In this document: positions 9,504 to 19,289 of the stretch, piece by piece | Layout of the letters: every line of letters starts with the position of its first letter | Numbering within the stretch: the stretch's first letter is position 1 | Source of the DNA: an archaeon | GTDB taxonomy: Archaea; Nanobdellota; Nanobdellia; SCGC-AAA011-G17; PNOQ01 | DNA: 64,000 nucleotides | Assembly (NCBI GenBank): GCA_018652475.1 | Contig: JABICB010000013.1 | Span: 244-64,243 of the forward strand | Direction: 5' to 3' | The notes under the pieces: model-generated | Databases searched by the model: none | Told to the model about the DNA's origin: nothing | What the model saw: only the letters and a program-made list of their open reading frames with translations | Made by a program: the position numbers and the translations under genes

Positions 9504-10079
9504 TTAACAATCAACCACATACTCAAAATAATCATCCCAGGGATTTTCTAAAGCCATCATTTCTTTTATTGTTAATTTTTCAAAATATTTACGAAAAGGC
9601 CTCATTGAATTTCCATGTGCAGAGATAGCAACATTTACTTTTTCTTTTTTTACATATTTAATCAAATCTTTAATAAACGAATTAACTCTCTTCTCAACCA
9701 TCTTCACACTTTCACCATTAGGAGGGGCAACAGAATAAGACCTATGCCAAATATCAAATTGTTTTTGTCCAACTTTAGAAATCACACTTTTATGACTGAA
9801 TCCTTGTAAATCACCATAAGACCTTTCAATCATACGATTATCCATCACATTCGCTCCACATTCAGGATGAAATTTCAAAACTTCCTTTAAAGTATCCTTA
9901 GACCTACTCAGGCTAGTATGATATGCAATAGAAAAAGTAACACTTTTCAATCTTTTGGCAACATTTTTAGCATCTTTTATACCTTGTGGATTCAACTTAG
10001 AATCTTTCCACCCAGTAAACTTCTTACTTGCATTATAATGGGTTTCACCATGCCTAAATAAGTAAATATGACATTTCAT
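9504..10079 (-). CDS. Histidine-phosphatase / phosphoglycerate-mutase-family protein.
   Basis: The N-terminal IYLFRHGETHYN is the RHG catalytic motif. The C-terminal SAHGNSMR is the second His motif. Confidence 0.7.
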   Translation of the reverse strand: MKCHIYLFRHGETHYNASKKFTGWKDSKLNPQGIKDAKNVAKRLKSVTFSIAYHTSLSRSKDTLKEVLKFHPECGANVMDNRMIERSYGDLQGFSHKSVISKVGQKQFDIWHRSYSVAPPNGESVKMVEKRVNSFIKDLIKYVKKEKVNVAISAHGNSMRPFRKYFEKLTIKEMMALENPWDDYFEYVVDC

Positions 10080-10163
10080 AACTACATTTTATTTCGAGAA
10101 ATTAAAAACCTTTCCATTATGCCATACAAAATTTAATAAATACAAAATAATTCTAACTCTGAT

Positions 10164-10796
10164 ATGGATGGAGAAACCAACGTAATAACATACGAAACAT
10201 TGTATGATATGTTAAGAAAAGAAAAAAGTAAAACAGAATTACAAGAGATAGATCAGGATTTTTATGATAAAATTATAAATTATCTTAAAGAAAAAAAAGA
10301 CATATTAGAATCTCAACAAAAAAAACAAAGTATATTTACTACCATAGAAGTCCAGAAGACTAGAAAACAAATAGATAACATATACAAAATATTAAAAGAA
10401 TTATATGAAAAAAGAGAAAATAAAATTATTCACTTGGCATTAATAAATTCAAAATCAGAGCACGAATTAAATGATTCGACTATAATGATTGATGCAGAAA
10501 TAGAATTCTATGATAATATTAAAAAAATATTAGATAATTCAAGAAACGAACTATTGAACGGCATTATTAATGGAACAAAAAAACATAAAGAAAAAGAAGA
10601 AGATCAACCAAAACACTTAAAAACCGAAGTCATGCCTAAAAAAACAAAGAAAGTTAAGATTTTAAAAGCAATGCCTAGTTTTATTGGCACAGATCTTAAA
10701 ACGCATGGTCCATTCGAAGCAGGAGATGAAACAACTCTTCCAATAGAGATAGTAAACCTCCTATCAACAGCTAACCACGTTGAGGAATTAAAATGA
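10164..10796 (+). CDS. GINS subunit-like protein (Gins51/Sld5-type), tentative.
   Basis: The N-terminal ITYETLYDMLRKEKSKTELQEIDQDFYDKIINYL resembles the archaeal GINS A-domain start. It sits beside translation and replication genes. Confidence 0.4.
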   Translation: MDGETNVITYETLYDMLRKEKSKTELQEIDQDFYDKIINYLKEKKDILESQQKKQSIFTTIEVQKTRKQIDNIYKILKELYEKRENKIIHLALINSKSEHELNDSTIMIDAEIEFYDNIKKILDNSRNELLNGIINGTKKHKEKEEDQPKHLKTEVMPKKTKKVKILKAMPSFIGTDLKTHGPFEAGDETTLPIEIVNLLSTANHVEELK

Positions 10797-11101
10797 AAAT
10801 AAAGAAAGTAAGAAGAACTTTTTGTCCAAAGTGTAACAAGCACACCGAACATAAAGTAGGTATGAATAAAACAACAGGTAAAAGGGGAACTCTAAAAAAA
10901 GGATCAGTTGCTAGAGCTAAAAAGAGAGGAGAGGGAGTAGGATACGGAAACCTGGGTAAATATTCAAAAGGTGCAATTACATCATGGAAGAGATATGGTG
11001 TAAAAACTAGCAAAAAGGAAGCACTTAAGATTACATGTAAGGAATGTAATAAGTCACAAATAAGACAAAATCCACGTGCAAAAAAGGTGGTATTGGAGTA
11101 A
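10793..11101 (+). CDS. rpl44e: Ribosomal protein L44e (eL42).
   Basis: MKIKKVRRTFCPKCNKHTEHKV...CKECNK is a C4 zinc ribbon. The protein is basic, and the order L44e-S27e-aIF2a-Nop10 is conserved in archaea. Confidence 0.85.
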   Translation: MKIKKVRRTFCPKCNKHTEHKVGMNKTTGKRGTLKKGSVARAKKRGEGVGYGNLGKYSKGAITSWKRYGVKTSKKEALKITCKECNKSQIRQNPRAKKVVLE

Positions 11102-11103
11102 AA

Positions 11104-11280
11104 ATGTCAGAACCAAAAAGTAAATTCATAAAAATTAGATGTCCAGGATGTAAAAACGAACAAATAATATTTGATAAAGCAACGCATGAAATAAAATGTT
11201 TAGTTTGTGAAAAAATATTAGCAACCCCAACAGGGGGAAAAGCAAAAATAACTGCTACTATCCTGGAGGTTTTAGAATAG
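11104..11280 (+). CDS. rps27e: Ribosomal protein S27e (not in the ORF track because it is under 60 aa).
   Basis: Manual translation gives MSEPKSKFIKIRCPGCKNEQIIFDKATHEIKCLVCEKILATPTGGKAKITATILEVLE. This is a C4 zinc finger typical of S27e. The stop abuts the aIF2alpha start. Confidence 0.85.
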   Translation: MSEPKSKFIKIRCPGCKNEQIIFDKATHEIKCLVCEKILATPTGGKAKITATILEVLE

Positions 11281-12057
11281 ATGTTTTACCTAAAGAAAGG
11301 TATGCCAGAAGATAGTGAAATAGTTCTTTGTTCAGTTAAAAAAGTATCATATCATTCAGTATTTTTAACATTAGATGAATATGAAAATGTTGAAGGAATG
11401 ATGCATATTTCAGAAATAGCACCAGGAAGAATACGAACAATTGGTGACTATGTAAATGTTGGAAAAAAGGTAGTTTGTAAAGTTCTAAAAGTAAGGCCTA
11501 ATACCAATCATGTTGATTTATCTTTACGTAGAGTAAATAAAATGCAAAGATTGAATAAAACTTCTGAATTCAAACAAGAACAAAAAGCAGAAAAATTATT
11601 AGAATTAGTTGGAAAAGAATTAAAAGTAGATCTTGCTGAAATGTACAAAGAAGCAGGATATGAATTAAAAGAAAAATACGGAACAATAAACAATGCATTT
11701 CAAAATTTTGTATTAGATCCAGAACAAATAAAAGAATTAAAAATTAAGAAAAAAGTATCTGAAGTATTATTAAAAACAGTTCTTGAAAAAATAAAACCAA
11801 AAGAAGTAATAGTGTTAGGAGAGTTTACAATATCTAGTTTAGCAGAAAATGGTGCAGAACTAATTAAGAAAATCTTAAAGGACGCACAAAAAGGAACAAT
11901 AAAAATAACCTATATGGGTGCACCTAACTACAAAATAACAGTAACTGCATCAGATTATAAGACTGCAGAAAGCCTTCTAGAAAACGCACACGAAGAAATA
12001 GCAAAAAATATTAAAGAAATAAAGGGAACTTGTGAATTCAAACAAATAAAAAAATAA
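11281..12057 (+). CDS. eif2a: Translation initiation factor 2 alpha subunit (aIF2alpha).
   Basis: An N-terminal S1 domain (PEDSEIVLCSVKKVSYHSVFLTL...GMMHISEIA) is followed by the helical and alpha-beta domains. It sits in the L44e-S27e-aIF2a-Nop10 cluster. Confidence 0.85.
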   Translation: MFYLKKGMPEDSEIVLCSVKKVSYHSVFLTLDEYENVEGMMHISEIAPGRIRTIGDYVNVGKKVVCKVLKVRPNTNHVDLSLRRVNKMQRLNKTSEFKQEQKAEKLLELVGKELKVDLAEMYKEAGYELKEKYGTINNAFQNFVLDPEQIKELKIKKKVSEVLLKTVLEKIKPKEVIVLGEFTISSLAENGAELIKKILKDAQKGTIKITYMGAPNYKITVTASDYKTAESLLENAHEEIAKNIKEIKGTCEFKQIKK

Positions 12058-12058
12058 A

Positions 12059-12220
12059 ATGCGTCCAAAAATATTTAGATGTGAATCTTGCAAAAGATAT
12101 ACTTTATTGAATACTTGCAAAGTTTGCAGAAAAAAAACCGAAAATCCAAAACCTGCTAAATACTCTGCAGATGATAAGTTTGGAAAATATAGAAGAATAG
12201 CAAAAAAAACAAATAAATAG
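12059..12220 (+). CDS. nop10: H/ACA RNP protein Nop10 (53 aa, not in the ORF track).
   Basis: Manual translation gives MRPKIFRCESCKRYTLLNTCKVCRKKTENPKPAKYSADDKFGKYRR. It has a Zn ribbon and the conserved P..YSP.DK tail of Nop10. Confidence 0.8.
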   Translation: MRPKIFRCESCKRYTLLNTCKVCRKKTENPKPAKYSADDKFGKYRRIAKKTNK

Positions 12221-12250
12221 TATTTTAAATTTCTAACATCCCTTGATATT

Positions 12251-12808
12251 ATGAATGAATTAGATTTGATTAAACAAACAGAAATTTATAAAAATTGCAC
12301 AAATATAGTATTTGGAAAAGGAAATAATAAATCAGATATTCTTTTCGTTGGAGAAGCACCAGGAAAAAACGAAGATGAACAAGGATTACCTTTTGTAGGA
12401 GCAGCAGGAAAAAATCTAGATAAACTTCTAAATCAAACTAACCTATGCCCAACTGATATATACATAACTAATATTCTGAAATGTAGGCCTCCGAATAATA
12501 GGGATCCCACTAAAGAAGAAATAGAATTACACACACCATATTTAATTAAACAAATAAAAGAAATGCAACCCAAAATAGTTTGTTCATTAGGAAACTATTC
12601 AACTAAATTCTTTTTAGCAGAAGGAGATATAAAAAAAATGAAACACCAAAAAAATATAACAGAAATACATGGTATACCTATTCATATTTTTTTCAAAGGT
12701 ATAAAAATAAAATTAATTCCCTTATTTCATCCAGCTGCAATGATTTACAATAGAAAATTAATTCCCGGATGGGAAGGAGATATTAAAAAAATAAAAAAAG
12801 AAATGTAA
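12251..12808 (+). CDS. udg: Uracil-DNA glycosylase, family 4.
   Basis: GEAPGKNEDEQGLPFVGAAGKNLDKLL is the family-4 motif (GE.PG..ED..G.PFVG.AG). A C-terminal HPAA is also present. Confidence 0.8.
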   Translation: MNELDLIKQTEIYKNCTNIVFGKGNNKSDILFVGEAPGKNEDEQGLPFVGAAGKNLDKLLNQTNLCPTDIYITNILKCRPPNNRDPTKEEIELHTPYLIKQIKEMQPKIVCSLGNYSTKFFLAEGDIKKMKHQKNITEIHGIPIHIFFKGIKIKLIPLFHPAAMIYNRKLIPGWEGDIKKIKKEM

Positions 12809-13711
12809 TTATTCTCCAATCACATTCATAATTGTTGAAATTTCAGTTTCATACTTGTAACTAATCTTTAATTCAATAACATCACTATATGAATCTGTAG
12901 AAATTATAGATTTATCACAAATCAAAGTTTTAGAACCTTCTTTTAATGAAACTTCTCCAATATTAGATTGACCCGTAGTGAAATGACAAACAACATCAGA
13001 AGGAATAACTTCAACCTTAATCTTGCCTTCATCCATTAACCCAAATGATTCACAATCTCTATCTATTGAATAAACCTTGCCACCTTCTTTATTTTCTATA
13101 ACAAATGCAAATCTAATTCCAGTACTACTAAGGTAACTTTCTGTTAAAGATATAACTTGTATCGGTCCAGAAGATACTGCGCCAGATATTAATTTTTCGC
13201 CAGAAATATCGCAAATTTCAACTCCAGTTTGTTTAATCTTATTTGAACTCATACAAACATTAGAAAATAATTTAGTTTCGTAAGGATAACATAATCTAGC
13301 ATAAATGGGTTGTTCATATGACCCATAAATTTGTTTAACATAACTACCTTCTCCAAGAGAAATTATATTTTCTCCACCGGTTTCGAGAGTTTGATCAATT
13401 CCCATTAAATCCAAAGTATTAGAAACAAAATTTGTATTTAATGCAGGCCATGCATCTTCAGAAAAACCAAATAATTTAACTTTTGCTTGGCCAGCAGAAA
13501 TATCAAATTCTCCCTTATTTGATAATAAGGTCTTAAAGGAAACAATCTCTCCTTGTGAAAATGATGTATATGGTGCACCTTCAATAAAAGACAATACTAA
13601 TCCCTCACTTCCTCCCTTGAACGGACCCTGGGAAATCAATTCCTCTGTTCCACACCCTGACATAAATAACAATAATCCCACTGATATAATTAAAAATAAT
13701 TTAGATTTCAT
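12809..13711 (-). CDS. Putative lipoprotein / secreted protein.
   Basis: MKSKLFLIISVGLLLFMSGCG is a signal peptide with a lipobox-like Cys. The C-terminal ISYKYETEISTIM is paralogous to the end of 13730..14620. Confidence 0.4.
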   Translation of the reverse strand: MKSKLFLIISVGLLLFMSGCGTEELISQGPFKGGSEGLVLSFIEGAPYTSFSQGEIVSFKTLLSNKGEFDISAGQAKVKLFGFSEDAWPALNTNFVSNTLDLMGIDQTLETGGENIISLGEGSYVKQIYGSYEQPIYARLCYPYETKLFSNVCMSSNKIKQTGVEICDISGEKLISGAVSSGPIQVISLTESYLSSTGIRFAFVIENKEGGKVYSIDRDCESFGLMDEGKIKVEVIPSDVVCHFTTGQSNIGEVSLKEGSKTLICDKSIISTDSYSDVIELKISYKYETEISTIMNVIGE

Positions 13712-13729
13712 ACTCTTGCCTCCATTTTA

Positions 13730-14620
13730 TTATATTTTCTCATTTTTTCTTTTTAAAGGTATCGCCCCAGTACTGATTGTTGTTGAATATGTATAATCAA
13801 GAGAAATAGCAAGAGAATCATAATAAAAATCCTGCCTCCCTAATGATACCCTCCCATCACACCTCACCACCCTGCTATTATCAATTAATTCTATTCCCTC
13901 TGTAGAGGAAGGATAACAATCAAAAGTAGAAGGGGTACCAATTAAATTTATATCTAAATTTACTTTATGTCCGTTATCTTCTGAAATAACTTCTCCTTCT
14001 TGTGCTTTTTTTAAATGAATATCGAGATATAACCTATTATTATTTCCTTCCGGAACAATATTATATTCTATCATCTCTATACCGACTGGAGCAAAATCTG
14101 CAAGTATATCATTCCCGGCAAGAACAGAACTCGCACTACAACCATCTATGTTCACTGAAGGATCTCTCTTTAGACAAAGCTCTGCCCTAGAAATAGTTTT
14201 CAAATCATATGTCAATTTAGCATTAATATTAGTTGTACTTACACCCATTGCAAGATTCCCATAGGTATAAGAATTTCCAGAAACTGGAAATTGTATTAAT
14301 TGTGTGTCGGGATACTTTTGATCATTAACTATTTCTGCAGGAGAAAGATGAAGGAGAGTACACTCTGGTTCTTGAATTCCTCCAAAGCTATTTGCAGGAG
14401 TATCGTAAATACAAAGACTTCCATCGAGATATTTAGGAATATTATTAGTCAACTCAACACCTACAAGAAAATTTGCATCTTCCCTAATTAAATTTGTTGG
14501 TTGATTTTCTAAAAATTTCATATCTATTCCGCCAATATTAGTTTCTTGACCCGGACCACCCATACATGAAGACACGAAAATCGCCACCAATATGATAGAT
14601 AAAATTGATAAATACCTCAT
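13730..14620 (-). CDS. Putative lipoprotein / secreted protein, paralogous to 12809..13711.
   Basis: MRYLSILSIILVAIFVSSCMGG is a signal peptide with Cys. The C-terminal SLDYTYSTTISTG aligns with the neighbour. Confidence 0.4.
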   Translation of the reverse strand: MRYLSILSIILVAIFVSSCMGGPGQETNIGGIDMKFLENQPTNLIREDANFLVGVELTNNIPKYLDGSLCIYDTPANSFGGIQEPECTLLHLSPAEIVNDQKYPDTQLIQFPVSGNSYTYGNLAMGVSTTNINAKLTYDLKTISRAELCLKRDPSVNIDGCSASSVLAGNDILADFAPVGIEMIEYNIVPEGNNNRLYLDIHLKKAQEGEVISEDNGHKVNLDINLIGTPSTFDCYPSSTEGIELIDNSRVVRCDGRVSLGRQDFYYDSLAISLDYTYSTTISTGAIPLKRKNEKI

Positions 14621-14663
14621 TTTAATTAAATATTATATTAAAATATATAAAAATCTTTCTAAA

Positions 14664-16223
14664 TTAATAATCGAAACAAGAACCATCTACATAAACACAA
14701 GGACCAAAATTACAAAGGTCCGATACACATTCTTCTTCAGCACTATAATCTTCACAACTTGTTGAAGAAAAAGAACAAGACTTACATGAAACGAAATCCC
14801 CACTACTAGAATAAAGAGGCATACATCCTTCTGCAGATAAACACTCCTCATTAATTTCGAAATCATCACATACATCACCCATTTCATTTCTTATAACTGT
14901 AATAACTTCTTTCTTTTCAATTTCATAAACATAATCAACTTCTGCCCTAATTAAACTAAAAAAGAAATCATTACCTTCTGGAAGATCAAGAACTTTAAAA
15001 CTACATTGAAGTTCTATATCCCTAAATTCTTCAATACAATCTGCATCTAGAGCATAATAATTACTATTTGCACAATCCATATTTATTTTATTATTTAAAG
15101 AATGATTAGTAATCTTGTATACTTTGAATCCTTCATAATAATCACCAGTATCTTCAAAATCACATAGCCTTACATCATTACTAAATTCTATAGCCGAAGG
15201 AACATAAAGTTTTAAATCTTTAACACGCTTCAAATTGCCAAAATCCTTAGTAATAAGTTCAACATTAAATAAAACGAAATCACTCTCTTGTGAAAATGGT
15301 TGACTTGTTTCACTACTTAATTTCAGATCAATCGGACCCTCAGTCACTTGAGAAACCATAACATTTTGAGGTTTTATTAATAATTCATTAGTAACTTGAA
15401 TTCGATTATTCATAAAGGGATCTTCACCCATAATTAGAAAAGATTCTAGTAAGTTATGGTCCATAAAATAAACCCTGTAAAAAGATTCGGTTTTAAAATC
15501 ATATTCTGCCTTTAATTTGGCCGTTTCAGAATGTTCATTTTTAGTAGTACTTAATCCTTCTGGAAATATACAACTAATCTCTTGCCTTCTTGTTACTCCT
15601 TTCCCATAAATAGTATAACTTTCAGGATAAATTTCTATTGGCCCATTATAATCCCCCAACTCGCAAAGAAATCTTATTTCCATCCCTTCATCCAATAAAC
15701 CAGCACCGTCTACTATTCCCCTTGCCTGGATAGGTTCGTTAGATAGGAATTTGTCTTTAGTTTCAATAAAACTAATTATATTAACTCCTAAAAAATCATA
15801 CTCTTCATTTTCAATAACTTCAGAACCCCATGCAAAAGTATTTCCTATTTCAGAAGGATTTTTAAATATTTTCCAAAAATTGAATAATCCTGATTCAATC
15901 GGAGCCCCAACACCATCTAGTGCTACAAGTCCTTCTTCTGTCATTGTTGAACCTGCACCAGAACTCCAAACATTAAAAATGAACATTCCAACAAAAAATA
16001 TTAAACCGAGAATTACTATAATCATTATAAATTTCATTAATTTGCCAAATAATATTGCAAAAGAAAATTTAGAGAATTTAAATTTTTTCTTAGGTTTTGA
16101 GGGTTTATCTTCAGGAGTTTCCTCTTTCTCTTCTTCCGCAGAAGTTTCCTCTTTCTCTTCTTCCGCAGAAGTTTCCTCTTCCCCTTCTCCCTCTAATAAA
16201 ACCTCTCTTTTTTCTTCAGTCAT
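14664..16223 (-). CDS. Single-pass membrane protein with a cytoplasmic acidic-repeat N-terminus, a large extracellular domain and a C-terminal Cys-rich module.
   Basis: N-terminal EEEKEETSAEEEKEETSAEEEKEE is encoded by tandem 27-nt repeats. A TM segment FAILFGKLMKFIMIIVILGLIFFVGMFIF follows. The C-terminus is Cys-dense (CDDFEINEECLSAEGCMP...CKSCSFSSTSCEDY...CNFGPCVYVDGSC). Confidence 0.4.
   Translation of the reverse strand: MTEEKREVLLEGEGEEETSAEEEKEETSAEEEKEETPEDKPSKPKKKFKFSKFSFAILFGKLMKFIMIIVILGLIFFVGMFIFNVWSSGAGSTMTEEGLVALDGVGAPIESGLFNFWKIFKNPSEIGNTFAWGSEVIENEEYDFLGVNIISFIETKDKFLSNEPIQARGIVDGAGLLDEGMEIRFLCELGDYNGPIEIYPESYTIYGKGVTRRQEISCIFPEGLSTTKNEHSETAKLKAEYDFKTESFYRVYFMDHNLLESFLIMGEDPFMNNRIQVTNELLIKPQNVMVSQVTEGPIDLKLSSETSQPFSQESDFVLFNVELITKDFGNLKRVKDLKLYVPSAIEFSNDVRLCDFEDTGDYYEGFKVYKITNHSLNNKINMDCANSNYYALDADCIEEFRDIELQCSFKVLDLPEGNDFFFSLIRAEVDYVYEIEKKEVITVIRNEMGDVCDDFEINEECLSAEGCMPLYSSSGDFVSCKSCSFSSTSCEDYSAEEECVSDLCNFGPCVYVDGSCFDY
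16114..16194. repeat. Tandem in-frame 27-nt repeat (about 3 copies) inside the 5' coding region of 14664..16223.
   Basis: ggagtttcctctttctcttcttccgca / gaagtttcctctttctcttcttccgca / gaagtttcctcttcccc... is directly visible. It encodes (AEEEKEETS)n on the minus strand. Confidence 0.8.
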
Positions 16224-16233
16224 TGTATCTAAA

Positions 16234-17355
16234 TTAAATTAAAGTTATTTTAAGCGTTTCTATATCAAAAATAACCAAAGGAATAATCTTAATTGTATTA
16301 TCTCCATCAAACACATATTCGGTTATATCTAAATTAAATATATTAGTTTCACTTTCTAAATCAATTTTTACATTATTAATATATATTTCAGCAAGATGTC
16401 CAACTTCATTAGAAGCCACATCCATATAAACAATTGAACTATCGACTAAATTTATATTGAAATCTCGAGTAGGAAAAGTAGGTATATCCAATCTATTAAT
16501 TAATTTAATATTATTAAATGAGTAATCTCCCCCATCAATAGTAAACTTCAGAGAATTTATTCCAGCATTTAACAAAGAAGAATCGATTTCAATTACTCTA
16601 TTTTGTAAAGAACAAGGCAAATTTTCAAAAAGAATATTTTCATTATTCAAGTAAATTTTCAAAATATTTACATCTTCTGCAACATTACAATAAGAAGCGA
16701 AAGATAAACTAGAAGAAGATATTGACTCTTTTTCTAAAAAAGAAACCTCGAATTCTGAAACATCTCCAGAGTAGACTACTTCATATTCATTTTTTAATGA
16801 AATATCCATTAATTCGCAATTATTTTTCGACCAAAAAGAAATACCTGAAAAATCTACAGATAATTTCAATTCATTTTCTTCTTGTAAATAATCAACAGGA
16901 AGAACCACTACTTTAATGCCCTGAGTTAGTTCACTAGCATAGATCTCATGATCATTTAATTTAACTTTGAAAATTCCCTTTGAATCTATTACTGCAAAAG
17001 ACAATAAACTCCTTTCGATATTATCTAAATCAACTAAATTAAAATTTAAAGTCTGATCTTTCTTACCAAATAAACTATTCTTTAAAAGTATCTGATTAGA
17101 TAGTACTCTAATTTCCGGAGAAGATTTGAAAAAAAGATTTGTATTCATAAATTCATGAATTGAAGAATCTTCAGCCTCAGGTAATAAAATTCCGAATGAT
17201 TCTGATAAAATCACTTCGCCACCATAATTAGAACAACTATCACACCCTACTCCAATTAAGTCACATTTTTCGCAAGGTGCCAATAATATTACATATACTA
17301 ATAATAAAAATGCAAGAGTCAATACTAGTCCAGAAGTTGTAGCTCGTCGATTCAT
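16234..17355 (-). CDS. Secreted protein with an N-terminal signal peptide; function unknown.
   Basis: MNRRATTSGLVLTLAFLLLVYVILLAPCEKCDLIGVGCDSC is a hydrophobic leader followed by a Cys cluster. It is the first gene of a four-gene minus-strand surface-protein block. Confidence 0.4.
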   Translation of the reverse strand: MNRRATTSGLVLTLAFLLLVYVILLAPCEKCDLIGVGCDSCSNYGGEVILSESFGILLPEAEDSSIHEFMNTNLFFKSSPEIRVLSNQILLKNSLFGKKDQTLNFNLVDLDNIERSLLSFAVIDSKGIFKVKLNDHEIYASELTQGIKVVVLPVDYLQEENELKLSVDFSGISFWSKNNCELMDISLKNEYEVVYSGDVSEFEVSFLEKESISSSSLSFASYCNVAEDVNILKIYLNNENILFENLPCSLQNRVIEIDSSLLNAGINSLKFTIDGGDYSFNNIKLINRLDIPTFPTRDFNINLVDSSIVYMDVASNEVGHLAEIYINNVKIDLESETNIFNLDITEYVFDGDNTIKIIPLVIFDIETLKITLI

Positions 17356-17424
17356 ACAATTTAAAACAAAATAAGATATAAAAAGTTTTCTATTAAAAAT
17401 AAAGAAAGTATTTTAAATAATAAA

Positions 17425-18381
17425 ATGATAGTTAACTATATGTTAAACCTATTACTCTGGGCAATAATATTTTTAATTAGTATGGTTGTATTAATTAAAG
17501 CATCAGATAGTTTTACTTATGCTGCAGAGAAAATAGGATTACATTTAGGAATTTCATCATTTGTAGTTGGAGTAGTAATAGTTTCTATTGGAACTTCACT
17601 ACCAGAATTAATTTCATCACTCTTTGCGGTTTTTAAAAATTCTTCAGAAATAGTAATTGGAAACGTAATGGGATCAAATATAACAAATATTTTATTAGTA
17701 GTTGGAGTAGCAGCAATATTTTCTAAGAAACTAATTATTCATTATAAATTTACAAAAGCAGACATACCCACATTATTAGGTTCAGCACTCCTATTAACTG
17801 CATCAGCAATGGATGGAAAGTTTGAATTATTTGAAGCAATAATTTTAATTTTATTTTACCTTATTTATGTAACTTACACATTGAAGATAAAAAGAAAACA
17901 AAAAATAGAGATACCCAAAGAAAAGAAAAGAAAATTCAATTGGAAAATTGGTGCATCTCTTGTAATAAGCTCATTATTCATTTACATTGGGGCAAAATAT
18001 ACTATTGAATCAGTAATTATCATGTCAGAAATATTAAACATAGGAAAAGAAATCATCGCAATACTAGTAGTATCCTTAGGAACTTCCTTACCTGAGTTAT
18101 CAGTTAGTGTGGCTGCAGCAAGAAAGGGAAAGGCAGATATGGCAATGGGGAACATACTGGGTTCCAATATATTTAATTCATTAATTGTTATGGGGATTCC
18201 TTCATTATTTATGCCATTAACCATCCCTACAGGATTGATAATGTGGGCAGCACCAATTATGATAATTTCAACATTAGCTTTTATATATTTAATGAAGAAT
18301 AAAAAAATAACCAAAACGCATGGAGTAGTATTACTAGTACTGTATGCATTATTTGTTGCAAAATCAATGAATTTCATCTGA
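17425..18381 (+). CDS. Ca2+/cation antiporter (CaCA / YrbG-like Na+/Ca2+ exchanger family).
   Basis: Two internally repeated alpha-repeat motifs, GNVMGSNITNILLVVG and GNILGSNIFNSLIVMG, are present. There are about 10 TM segments. Confidence 0.75.
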   Translation: MIVNYMLNLLLWAIIFLISMVVLIKASDSFTYAAEKIGLHLGISSFVVGVVIVSIGTSLPELISSLFAVFKNSSEIVIGNVMGSNITNILLVVGVAAIFSKKLIIHYKFTKADIPTLLGSALLLTASAMDGKFELFEAIILILFYLIYVTYTLKIKRKQKIEIPKEKKRKFNWKIGASLVISSLFIYIGAKYTIESVIIMSEILNIGKEIIAILVVSLGTSLPELSVSVAAARKGKADMAMGNILGSNIFNSLIVMGIPSLFMPLTIPTGLIMWAAPIMIISTLAFIYLMKNKKITKTHGVVLLVLYALFVAKSMNFI

Positions 18382-18416
18382 AAAAATTTATAAAAACAAA
18401 AAATTAATATTGAACA

Positions 18417-19289
18417 ATGATAATAGAATTATTAATAATCTTAACACTGATCTGGTTAATAGTGGCGTCACTCACAGATATAAAGATAAGAGAAGTACCT
18501 AATTGGTTAAGTTTTAGTTTAATAATAATTGCGATTAGTTTTCAATTAATTAACTCCCTAATAAATAACGATCCAAACATAATCATAACCAGCATAAAGG
18601 GATTTAGTATATTCTTTATTATTGGCAATTTGATGTATTATACCAAACAATGGGGAGGAGGAGATGCAAAGATATTAATGGGGCTTGGGGCAATTTTTCC
18701 AAAATATCCCACGGAATTATCTTCCATTTTTAATCCGGAATTAAATCTCCCATTTTTAATAATCATATTATTAAACATATTAATAGTTGGTGCCATCTAT
18801 AGTTTAATTGCCAGCATAGTTTTAGCAATTAAAAATAAAAATAAATTCAAAAAGGAATTTAATAAAAAAATAAAAAATAAAAAAATAACCTTGGTAAATA
18901 AAAGTATCATCATTTTTTCAGTTATGACTTACATACTATTCCTTTTATTATTAAAAACCACATTAATTCCAGTGATATTTGCAACATTACCTTTGATTTT
19001 ATTTTATTTATGGATAATTATTAGTGTAATAGAAAAGATTAGTATGTATAAAATATTAAAGGTGAATCAACTACGAGAAGGAGATTGGGTAGTAAAGAGA
19101 ATAAAGAATAAAGATAAAATAATCTATACTCCTAATGTAAATGGAATAACAAATAAAGAAATTGAGAAATTAATTAAAAATAATATAAAAAAAGTAACTA
19201 TTAAAGATGGATTACCCTTTTTACCTGCAATACTCTTAGCAGTTATAATAAGTTTAATATTTGGAAATATATTAATGTATATTATCTAA
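18417..19289 (+). CDS. Prepilin / preflagellin peptidase (A24 family, GxGD aspartyl protease; PibD/FlaK-like) with a C-terminal extension.
   Basis: The first catalytic Asp context is ASLTDIKIREVPNWLS. The second is TKQWGGGDAKILMGLG, a GxGD motif. The protein is polytopic. Confidence 0.7.
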   Translation: MIIELLIILTLIWLIVASLTDIKIREVPNWLSFSLIIIAISFQLINSLINNDPNIIITSIKGFSIFFIIGNLMYYTKQWGGGDAKILMGLGAIFPKYPTELSSIFNPELNLPFLIIILLNILIVGAIYSLIASIVLAIKNKNKFKKEFNKKIKNKKITLVNKSIIIFSVMTYILFLLLLKTTLIPVIFATLPLILFYLWIIISVIEKISMYKILKVNQLREGDWVVKRIKNKDKIIYTPNVNGITNKEIEKLIKNNIKKVTIKDGLPFLPAILLAVIISLIFGNILMYII

